From a virus (Duplodnaviria > Caudoviricetes): a DNA stretch of 64,000 nucleotides. The position numbers and the translations under genes are program-made. The notes beneath the pieces are model-generated. The model was given only the letters and a program-made list of their open reading frames with translations. It was not told where the DNA came from and searched no databases. The stretch lies in IMG/VR virus record IMGVR_UViG_3300021431_000003, positions 32,001-96,000 of that record; one strand, given 5' to 3'. Within the stretch, counting starts at the first letter, position 1. Each line of letters opens with the position of its first letter. Positions 36,338 through 48,300 of this stretch are shown piece by piece.

Positions 36338-39300
36338 TTAGCTCTTAGCGATTTGATAAATTGCATTTATAATGTCTTCTCCAGAGTTGTTATTATTTAG
36401 TGCAGTTCTTAATGCAGACAAACCATTCTTAGAGCCATTTGGAATTTTCTTATTATTACTATTATCTATCGCGGTGGTAGTATTTTCTGTATTGACAGCA
36501 ATCGTAGCTAATACAGCAAGAATATCATCTATCTTATTACTGTTGTCAGCAATAATAGCAGCGAGTCTTATTATATTAGCAAGATTATCTCCGCCATACT
36601 GAGTATAAGTATTGTTGTCTGCACCCATTATAGAACCTTTACCTGTATGTGGAGATACTATTGTATTATTATGAGCGTTAGTATTATTAGAAGAGCGTAC
36701 TACTCTACTGCTTCTAATATCATCCAGAGATTTTAATGGTCCAGTTCCTCTACCGTAACCAGTACGATAAGCTCCAGTAATTAAATCTCTGTTTACATCT
36801 CTTGTTACAATATTAGGAATTGTATTAGAGTCTGTAATTTTTCTCTTAGAAATTGGAATTCTGTTTAATTTAGCCAAATCAGTTTTACCATTTCTAGCAG
36901 AACCACGACCAAATCTACCATTACCAGAACCTTTATATCTAAGAACAAGTTTACATTCATTATCTTGAATAGTCCACGCACCAGGTTCTCCACGATTACC
37001 ATGACAAGAATCTGGGTTTGGAAGTTGATTATTGTTATCAAGATAGTACTTTGCTAGGCAATAAGAGTTGTACATACCATTACCGATAGAACCACCTGCG
37101 TCACCAGAACCAGCATTGAAACCGAATCTAGTTCCTTTAGAATTTGTAAATACATACATATCTGTATGTCCATGACCACTATGGAATCTAATGTCACCAG
37201 GTTGTACGTCATTAGGGTCAAACTTTAGAACTTCCCAATCAGATGATAAATTTCCGTCCTTATCATATATACATGTATTACTTGAAGCATTATTCCAGTT
37301 TTGAGTTCCAAAACCTTCGCCATGATAAGTATCACTATAATTCTTTTCAGCATTCCATCTAGATGTATAATAACCCATATAATGTATAACAGCAGACATC
37401 ATACCAGAGCAGTCAGGTCTTTCGTGTTCAAGTACAGTACCGTCTCTACATACAAGGTCATTATATTTAACACAATTACAGTCATAAGTTAGATCTGGGT
37501 CTGCATTATATAGAGCTTCAAATACCATAGCTGCAGCATATATAATATCATTACCATTATAAGCTGCTGTAGTATCAGAAGGTGTTGTATTATTATTAGT
37601 TTCAGTACCATAAAGTGCATCATAGAAATTACCAAATATATCTTTAGTTGCTCTTCTAGTATATTCACCTAAAAGTCCAATCAATCCAGTAGCTACACCC
37701 TTATTATTATCTGTAGAAGTAGAAGTAGTACTGTCAGTCGCTGTAGTATCTTCTTTCGTTGTTTCAGATATTGATTTTAATTTATCAATACTGATAAATT
37801 TATTTGAATCAATTATTTTATCATTTGTATTAGTGTTCTGTGTAGTATTATCAACAGGAACACCAGCGGTCCAAAGATTATCTTGACCTATCTCAGCAAG
37901 TTTTTCTTGTCTTTCAATTTCACCAGAGTTAGCAAAATTAATTGGGTCTTTTGCTCTACCAGTTATAGATAATTTATCTTCATTTACACCTCTACCAGAA
38001 CCACTAGAAGATTGTCCAGTAACAAGACCATATACTGCCAACGCAAATAAACGTCTCTTGAAACAATATAGGTGCTTATACTTGATATTTTTATATGCTT
38101 CAGATGCTGCTACAGAACCCCAGAAATCTGCAGAACCTTCAAGACCACGCTCAAAGTTAACAGCTGCTTCATCTGGTTTAGTAAGCTTCTTATATTCATC
38201 TACAGTATTTGCTACATTAAAGCCCATACTTCTGATTTGAGAAGCTGCTTTTTTAATTCTATTCTTACTCCAGTTAGAACCATCAGTAAGTTCTTCTTTA
38301 ACGTGTGCTAATTGTCCAGTCCATTCCCAATCAGAGAATCCATGAGCTCTAGCCCATGCAGGATGGTCATTCCAAGGTAGAGTCCATTGCATTAGTCCTC
38401 CACCCTCAGCAATATATCCTTTAAGTGCAACTGGCTTGATATTTTCAATTGTTCCACCGCCGCACTCTTGAACCCAGTTACCTATAGCACCACAAGCTGC
38501 AGCAGTACTACATCCACATTCATTAACTAAGAATGAATAGATTTCTGCACCGCCTTCGTCCATTGTAAGTGTAACAGACTCACCTTCGAGAGTAGCAGTA
38601 TAACTCTTTCCTATAGCAGCCTTTGCATCTCCTCTAACATTTACTCCTGTACTATCATTATTATTAGTAGTATTATTAGACGATGAACTGAAATTAACAC
38701 CTAAAGATTTAGCTGCATTATATATCATACTAGAAATGGTAGAATTTGTAACAGCTGATACACTAGAAATATATTTGTTAGCGAGAGATTCATTATTCTT
38801 GCCTCTACCTGTAGTAATTCTTACAGTAGAATTCTGTAGAGTATCAGCAAGGCTATAACGTGTACTGCCACGCCTATCTTCAGAATCTTCTACTATTACA
38901 TTACCATTCTTATCGAGCCCTCTAGCTACTACATAGTGAGAATACTTAGAACCATATGGTGTTCTACCACTATTCTGACTATCTCTACCCATTAAGATAA
39001 CAGGTTTACCCTGAGCGAGACTGTTTATTACATCAGCATTATTAGCATTAGAATTGGTTTTAATACCATTCTTATTGAGATAAGAATTAAAGTATTCAGG
39101 ATAAGTACCACCATTAACTTCTTTGTACTTATTATTAAGTGCATAGTTAACAGCATTACGCATATCACCATTCTTACCGTACATTCTAAGTACAGATGCA
39201 GCTGATGCAGGACCGCAACCAGAATCTGCGATAGTTTGGCTTTCAGAATCTCCTGCAGTTCTATAAGAACCAGAATAAGCTCTCTGATAGATATGATATG

Positions 39301-42300
39301 GGTCAGAACCATAACCAGAATCATTAGAATTATCCTTATCTCTACCGAGTCCAAAGAATCCTTTAACACCGCTCATTATTTTGGATGCAGTATTTTTAAT
39401 TCCTTGCCATAATCCACTTAATACACCACCATTAGATGCGGTAGCATTATTTGTTCCACTAGAAGAAAATGTAGTAGTACCATTACTAGAAGAACCAGTA
39501 TTATTTATCATAGTTGCAGTACTACTAGTATTACTTTTCGATTGAACTGCATTCATACCTGCAGCAAGAGATGCTGTAGCTAAAGAGAATGGTGCTTTAA
39601 CAACTCTGTTCATAGATTCTACAAAGTTGAATAGTCCACTCATAAATGGATTCTTCTTATCAAGTTCAATCTTCCAATAATTTTTACTTGTAGGCAAAAT
39701 AGACAGCTCATCAATTCCTCTATTGATAGAAGAGTTTTTGCTAGCTAAGCTCTTAAAGAATTCTTCAATCCCTTCAAACCCACCAGTTAGACTCTTGATA
39801 GAGTTATTGATTAGATTACCGAAATAAATACCTACTCTTTCTAATGGATTAGTATTCTTTAACCATCCAAAACCTCTCTCCAGACCCTTCATGAGAGGAT
39901 CTAGACTTCCAGTTAATGGACTAAGTTTATCGTTAGCATTTGCATTTGTAGCTACTCCATATTTGTCAATACCATCATATGATGTAGCAGCATCAAGAAC
40001 AGATTTTTCATCATACTTAGACATATCTACAGAATACTTAGAAGTATCAACACCTTCTATTTGTATTTTAGACATTTCATTTGTAGTGAAATATGCTGGC
40101 ATCATTGCGTCAAGAACAGCTTTAGTAATTTCAGCTTTCTTTCCACAGGGTTCAAATATTTCATTGATAATAGCACAAACACCAGCCATTGCTCTGATAA
40201 GTTTCCAATCAGAATGTTCTTCGTCTACATCAAATTGACTATTTGGGTCATCTTTACCAGAATTATATACGTCTTTAAGATGATGACTAGCATCCCATGG
40301 ACCAGTAAAGTTAGTAACATTGCTTGCTACTTCCTTTATTACGGATTCATCTTCAGCTACAAGAATAGCATTAAGATTAGAAATTACTTGAGTGCCTACT
40401 TCATTAAACTTGAATTTATTGGCATTAAGTTTTTCTTTACCCTTTAACTCATTACCATCTTCATCATATTGGTCAGAATAGTTGAAATCCTTTTCTCCAA
40501 AATACTGCCAAATAGATGAGAATATAGTAGAGAGCTTTTTGCGTACTTTATCACTCTTGCCTTTAGATTCAAGATTTGCTGTTTTTTCTAAGATTACACT
40601 CTTAGATGCTGAATCATAACCAAACATAGCTGACCATACATCTTTAGCACCATCACCAATCTTAGTAGTAATTGTCTTATTACCTATAAGATTATTATAG
40701 TCTTCGATACTAAGATTTGTATTATTCTTAGTATTATATGCTTCTACAGCAGCTTTAGCTTGAGCTCTTTCTTCTTTAATCTTAGACATGTCAATTCCAG
40801 GAATTAAGTCTAAAACATTAATAATCATTCCAACTAATGCATCTCTGATAGAATCAATAGAAATAATTAAAGTTGCAATAATACTAAGAGCTGCTAAAAC
40901 AGCACCTACGGCTGCAGCACCGCCGAATGATGCACCAGTTACAGCTTCAGCTAGTGTCATAATAACATCAGGAATTATATTAATAATACCACCAGTAAGT
41001 CTTTCTACAAAAGATGGTTTAGGTGTAACTATACCGAGTAGGTTTCTGCAATTATCTACACCAAGTAAGAAGTCTGCAACCATCATTACAATAGAAAGTA
41101 CGCTAGCAGCACCTTTAGCTGCAGCTGTAGAACCTTGTTTAGCGATATCATCAACACTATCGCCAATTACATCGCCAGTACCCTTAGCAACTTTTTCGGC
41201 TATTTCATCAGCATTTTCGTTTATACCTTTACCAAAAAGCTTAGCAATTTTTTCGTTCTTAAGAACCTTTGCTATCTTTTCTTTCATTTTACCTACAGAT
41301 TTTTTGATAAAATCAATAGCCTTTTCAAAGAAGTTTGCGTCTCCAGAGGCAATCTTTTCAGCAAGTTTATCAGCTTTCCACGCTTTCTTTGCAGCAGCCT
41401 TAGCAGCATCAGCTTCAGCTTTAGCTGCTTTTAATGCATTCTTTTCAGCAATCTTAGCAGCTGCAGCAGTCTCTCTATCAATCAATACCTGACCAATTTT
41501 AGAGAAAGCTCCATTTGTAATTTTATCTCCAACTTTACCAACGGCATTCATAGCAACACCGTGTATAGCAGCAATAGGTTTAGTTGCTTTTTCTGCAATA
41601 TTAGTAACACCTTCACCTAATCTACCGACTATCTTTGTTGGAGTAAATGGAATTTTCTTTAACGCTTTGAATGGAAGACCAAGAATCTTAGTTGCACCAG
41701 TCATGGCTTTAATACCCTTAGCTCCATTAAGAACTCCCATATTGCCTGCTCTTGCAGCAAGTCTTCCAACTAATCCAGCCATTTTACTTTCAGATGAACG
41801 TCCTACATAATCTGCATCTAATGCATTTGCATTTTCTAATGCCACTTGTTGTTGATAAGCAGCGTTTTCAGAAAGCGATTCATCTGCTAATTCATTATAT
41901 TCACTTAATGGAATATAACCACCATTACTATCAAGAGTATATGCCTTATTAGTTTTAGAATCTTTGAATATTTGTTGACCAGAAGCATTTGTTCCTATAT
42001 AATAATAATCTCCAGATATTTTAGAAGTTACTTGTTTACCAGTAGATTCATTAGTATATGTGCTAGTACCATCTTCATTCTTATTACCAGATATTTTATT
42101 ACCATTCTTACTAATAGCTTCACTTGGGAAGTTTATATTAGCAGAATATCCAGGAGATGTAAGTTGTACATTACCACCAACAGTGTTAGGTACGTCTATT
42201 GATGTTGCTTGTACATTTACTTGTTCTCCAGGAGATGTATCAGGAATTTGTATTTCTAATGCACCTTGTCTACCTTTAAATACATCCTTAGCATAATCTA

Positions 42301-45300
42301 CTAAACCTTGACCGACATTCTTAACAACTGTCCATACCATAGGAATAAGATTCTTACCTATACCATAAAGAACCTTTGGCACAAAGTCACCATATACAGT
42401 AACGAAACCAGTCTTCCAAAGTTCTACAATATGAGCTCCAACCTTAGCAAGGCTATTCCAGAATCCGCTAAGACCTCTATCTGGTGCAGCATATTCTCCT
42501 TCATTATGAATCCAATTATGAACCTTCTCAAATTTAGATTTAAAGAATTTTCTAATAGGATTAACGATACCAGAGATTATACCACCCTCATATTCACCAG
42601 TAGTTTTATTCTTGACACCAAAGATTTTATCTTTAGCTTTAGCAAGCCATGGCTTAACTTTTTCACGAATCGCAGGTAATATATCTTCTTTAATGAATCC
42701 TACTATTAATGGAACGAATACACCGCCAACAAATAGCCACTTGATAATCTTACCAATCTTAGAATCCTTCTTACCTTCAAAATTCTCTTTATCTTTTCTT
42801 AATTGTCTAGCATCCATTCTGTCGAAGAATCTACCGATAAAAGTATCCTGTTCTTGGTTCTTTTCTTTCCACGCTCTTACAGCATCAAGCTTACCTGCAA
42901 CAGCATTTCTAATACCAGATTTAAGAGTACCAGTAACAGATTTATATCTATCAGAACCTACTACTTTTTTAATAGCACCTCTCATAAATGTCTCTGTTAA
43001 AGAAGCTTTACCATAACCGTATCTAGCATAGAATCTACCATTAACTTTATTTTGTTCTTTAGCATCTAGTTCGTTGTATTTCTTACCATACAATTCAAGT
43101 GATAATTCATCAAGTCTTTCATCTTTATTCTTGATAGCAAGAGATATAACTTTATCTCTTTTAGCATCAGATGCCTTCTTTTTAATTTTTTCTTTAGTAT
43201 CATTAGCCCAGTCACTTACCTTAGCTGCAGCGGTTCTAATACCATTATTTATTTTATCTCTTACACCTTGAAGCTTAGATTGAACTCCATTTCTGATATT
43301 ATCAGAAATGCTATTCATAAGTTTCTGATATCTACCATCAATGAATCTTTCAACAAATACTGCATGAATTGCTTCTTGTTCTTTTTCAGTTAAGTCTTTC
43401 CAAAGAACATTATTTTCATGACCATTCTTACCAGCATATAGTTCTTTTACTAATTTCTGCAGTTCTGGACCTGCTTCTGGTTTAGCATCTTTATTATTAG
43501 AGTCAATTATAAATAACCTAGACCAAGCATATTCAGCTTTTCTCTTTAGATTCTCTCTGACTTTCTTCATTCTTTCTTCTTTAGTACCTTCAGCATTATC
43601 ATTAAATAAGATATTACCAGTACCTTTAATAAGTTTGATGGTTTGTCCTAGTTTACTTCTAACAAGACGTTTACCGATTTGCTTGATACCACCAATTATT
43701 CCACGACCGAATACTTGGTTTTCTTTCTTAGCTTGGATGTACATATTAACAAATTCATCATGAACTTGTTTTTGTTCATCCTTAGTACAAGCACTAAATC
43801 TACTTACACCAAGATTACATCTTTTTGTAATAGCATCAAGGAATTCAAACTTATCAGCTAATTCTTCTTTAAGCTTATTTTGAACCTCTTCGCTAGCTGT
43901 ATTAGCACTTCTTAGTGCTTCTAATGCAGATTGGTAAGAAGCTACTTCCTTATTCCATTCTTTTTCAGCTTCTTGTTGATATTGATAATTATTAAGTCGC
44001 TGAATCAAGGAATTATCATCAATCTTATGGTCACTTAAAGCAAGACCTACATTAAATCCTATCTTCTTTACACCTTTAATAGCACCACTGATAATAGACT
44101 TACCATGGGTTCTAATAGCATCCTTTACAAATAGAGAATGGATACCTGTAAATTTTGGTAAATCTGGCATAACAATAGGATTCATATATACACCAAGCTT
44201 AAGAGACTTAGCTATCATATCACCGAAAGACATGTAACTATCTTCTATAGTCTTTGGTCTATGGTCAGCAAGATAATCCTCTATGAATTGACGTTTAGCT
44301 GCATCATAAGATACAGGTTGACCTTTTCCAGGAATAACATTATAGCCGTCTACTTTATAATACATTTCAAAATTATAAGGAGTTTCTCCACGATAGATAA
44401 GAATCTTACGTTTCATTACCTTAATCTTCTTGACAGCTTCTTCTTCACTGCATTTTTCTTTATTCATTATCTTCTGCTTATATGTCTGAATATCATCTCT
44501 AATTCTTTCAGGAACACAGAGTTCTTTCAATGCGAGACCATCAAACATTTGACAAGCAGTATCAATTAATTCATTTATTTCATTATTAAGTACATTAGCC
44601 ATTCTAGTATCAGGAGCTAAATAACCCTTTAAGTCACCAGTAAGCATTGGAATATAATCATTCCAAAGGTCATTAGAAATAAAGTCACCCGCCTTAATAG
44701 AGTCTTTATTAATAGAACCTATCTTATCATTCTTACCAATAACATAACCACCATTAGCAGCATTTTCTTTAATAGCTTTTTGTGATCTAGAATCCTTTAC
44801 AGATTTAATATAAGCTTCTTTAGAACCATACTTAGCTTGTTCTTCTTTGGATAACTTGTCATATCCATTACCAATTGTTAAATCATAGTGGATGTTTTCA
44901 AGTATTTCTTCCATCCTTTTAGCTGCAGTATTTACAGTTTCAAGAGGAGAATCTTTACCCTTCCAGAAAGCTTTTTCTGCCTCAAAAGCAACTTCTTCAT
45001 CTGTAAGGCCTACACCTTTATGAGCTAATTCACGATTAGCCATAAGTTTAAGATTTCTAACAGCCTTCTTATCTCTAAGGTCTACATTAATACCCTTAGA
45101 TAATAAGTATTGCTGTACAGTCATCTTACTTCTCTCAATATCTTTATAATCTTTAGATGCTTTATTCATTTTATCTCTATGAAGTCTTAATTCCTTCATA
45201 ACAGATTTCTTAGTAGCATTATCGATGTTTCTAGTATTCAAGAATCTTTCAACATCTTTGTCTCTACCTTCTTTAAGCATCTTAATGATTCTTTTAGCAT

Positions 45301-48300
45301 CTTTACGGTCTAAATTATTTCTAAGCTCTTGACCTAATACATCATAAGAAGAGTTTACAAAATTATCAATCTCACCACTATTTTCGTCATAAGAAAGAAT
45401 ATTTAACAGAGATTCTATATCACCGCTAGTATAATCAGCAAGCTTTTCATCTATAGCAGACCATTGATCTGTTTTAGCCATTTTTAACTTACCTCTAGCA
45501 GCTAATCTCTGTCTTGCGGTCATATCATCTGCACGACCTCTTCTAATACGATTAGCCTTTAATCTACCACCAATACCTTCATCTCCAAGAAGTCTGAAAG
45601 GTTTAGTAGCTACACGACCAAGTCTACCAGCAATACCAATAGCACCGCTACCGATTTTACCAGCTTTTTCAAAGACGCCTCCAAGAAAATTATTTCCAGC
45701 TGCATTAGCTCTAATCTTCTTGAATATATCTAATGTGAAATCCTTGATATCAACAATTGTATTTGTTAATTCTTTAAAGATAGATTGAGCACCAGAAGTC
45801 ATAGGAGTTATTATATTATCACGAATAGCTCCGAATAATCCTCCTTCTCTCTTGGCATCTTCTCCATCACCATTCTTTTTACCAAAGATTTCATCCATTG
45901 TCTTATCTATAATTGTTTGTCCGAAACCCTTTAAAGGTTTAACAATATTATCATTTAATGCTCCTCTTACACCACCTCTACGTTTACCATTCTCACCTTC
46001 TTCACCAAGTAAGAAGTCTTTGAATTTATCAGTAGAAGTGACATATCCTGCAGTAGCACCAATAAGTGCACTACCAACAAGACCAAAAGGACCAGGGAGG
46101 AATAATGCTGCTGTAGCTGCACCAATTCCCATATTTTTAGCACCCTTCTTGAGTTTGTCTACATTCTTATCAGAGAATATACCACCCTCACCAAAGAGTG
46201 ACCCTTGGAAGATTTCAGAATTCTTTGCGAATCCTAAGCCTGTACCGATTAATAAACCACCTAATGGACCAAGAGGAGTTAATAAGCCAGCTGCCATACC
46301 AGCCATACCACCCTTAGCCATATCAGGAGCAGCTTTTTGAAGTTCTTTAGAGATTAAACCAGTATCTTTTCTCTTAGGATTACCATTAGAATCGACAATG
46401 ATTTCACCAGTTTTCTTATCCTTTTCTACATCACCAAATAAGAAGCTAGCAAAAGAACCAGTAGATTTGGTTAAAGTAGAAGCAGCACCTACTGCTGCAC
46501 CAAGTAATGGACCGCCAACTAATAAGCCAGCTACACCGCCTAATACACCTCTAGATGCCATATTACCTAAGAAAGCAGCTCTCTGTTTATCATCTTCAAG
46601 AGTTGTCCAATCAGTAAGTTTATTAATGTCAACCTGCTGAATTCTTTCTTTAGCCTCAGCATCTAACTGTTGATGCTGAGCTAATTCTTCTGCTGTTAAA
46701 CCATCATTAGCTTCAGCATTATATCTAAGACCTCTAATGAAGTTCTTTTCATTACGAGATTGAAGATTTCTTACAGATGTAGGAGCTGGGTTATAAACTA
46801 CACCACCCTTAGGAATAGTATAGATACCAGTCTGACCAATCTTAGAACCGTTAAGATATTCACCTGCAGAAAGTACAGACTGGAATGGACGACCAGTTCT
46901 ATTTACACCACCTGCAGCCATACCTCTTACATTTATTGTAGAGGCTTTAATACTAGCTAATTTCCTTTCAGCTTTTTCAAGTTTAGTTCTTAAATCATTT
47001 TCTAATCCAGGATTGCTAGCAAATAAAGGAGCTTGACCAGCTAATTGATTTCTTAATCTAATGACTTCAGCTTCAGCTTTAATTATAGCAGCTTGTTTTC
47101 TTACATTTGCTTCTTCAGAAGTTCTTACACTTATATTTTGACCTTCGTTAGAATGAGTCCTAATATAATTCAATCTGTCCATTGCATTTGCAGAAATATG
47201 CTGATTATAATCATATACGTCAGTACTTGCTTTAGATGCTATTTCAGCTCTTCTTAAAGCTCTTTTTTGTGCAGATGTTAACGATGGTGTTGGTGAAGGA
47301 GAAGGATTGCTACTAGAAGATTCTGGATTAGTTATTTTACCAGCTAATCTCTTAGCCTCATCAATTTCCTTTTTCCACATAGCATGTACATCATCTGCAT
47401 TCTTTGCCATACCTTTACGGAATCCAGCTGTAAAATGAGAGAGTAAACCTTCTTCTAAGATATTACCTTCAGAGTCCACATCACCAAAGATTTTATTTTT
47501 GATTTTGTCTACATGAGGCTTTATTTTTTCATTATAATAGTCCTTAACTGGACTCAAAAGTTCTCCAATTTGTTCTTGAACCTTTTTGAAGAATTTTTGA
47601 GTGTGTTCTTTCATTAATTGCCAGAGAGACTTTTTCTGGTCATCAGCTTTCAAATCTTCACCATAAATAAGATTACGTAACCAAGCATCTGTCTTTACAA
47701 TAGTACCAGTTACTTTATCCATAACAGCAAAGTTAGTCTTCTGAGTAAACCATTTAGCTGCAATAGCAAGTTTCTCTGTAGTACCAGTAGCTTTAGATAA
47801 GTTCTCCATTAAGCCCTTATCTTTATCATATTTATCAGTGGCTCTCTTAAGCTTATCAGTATTTTCTTTACCAATAAGCTCTTCCATTTTCTTCCACTTT
47901 TCTTTTTCTTTCTTAGCATCCTCTCTCTGCTGATTCAGTTTGAACTCAGATTCATACTGTGCACCTTCACCATAGTAATCTGATACAAGACGAGATATAC
48001 CAATCTGGTCACCTTCAGATTGATAATTATAAGAGTCAGTAATAAAGCTAACAGACTTGCCCTTTCTACGTGCCTGCTCCTCCACTCTCTTTATATTAGA
48101 TTCAAAGCTTTCTTTAGCTTTTTCTTTAGCTTTTCTTTCAAGCTGTTCATAATATCTAGATGTATACTTTTCATCAGTAGTGCCATTATATTTTACTATA
48201 GCACCATTTTCATATAGTATATCATTGAAATTAATTGGACTTGGTGGGTTTGGTCCACTATTGTTTACATTAAAAATAGAAAGATTTCTAAGATAAGAAG

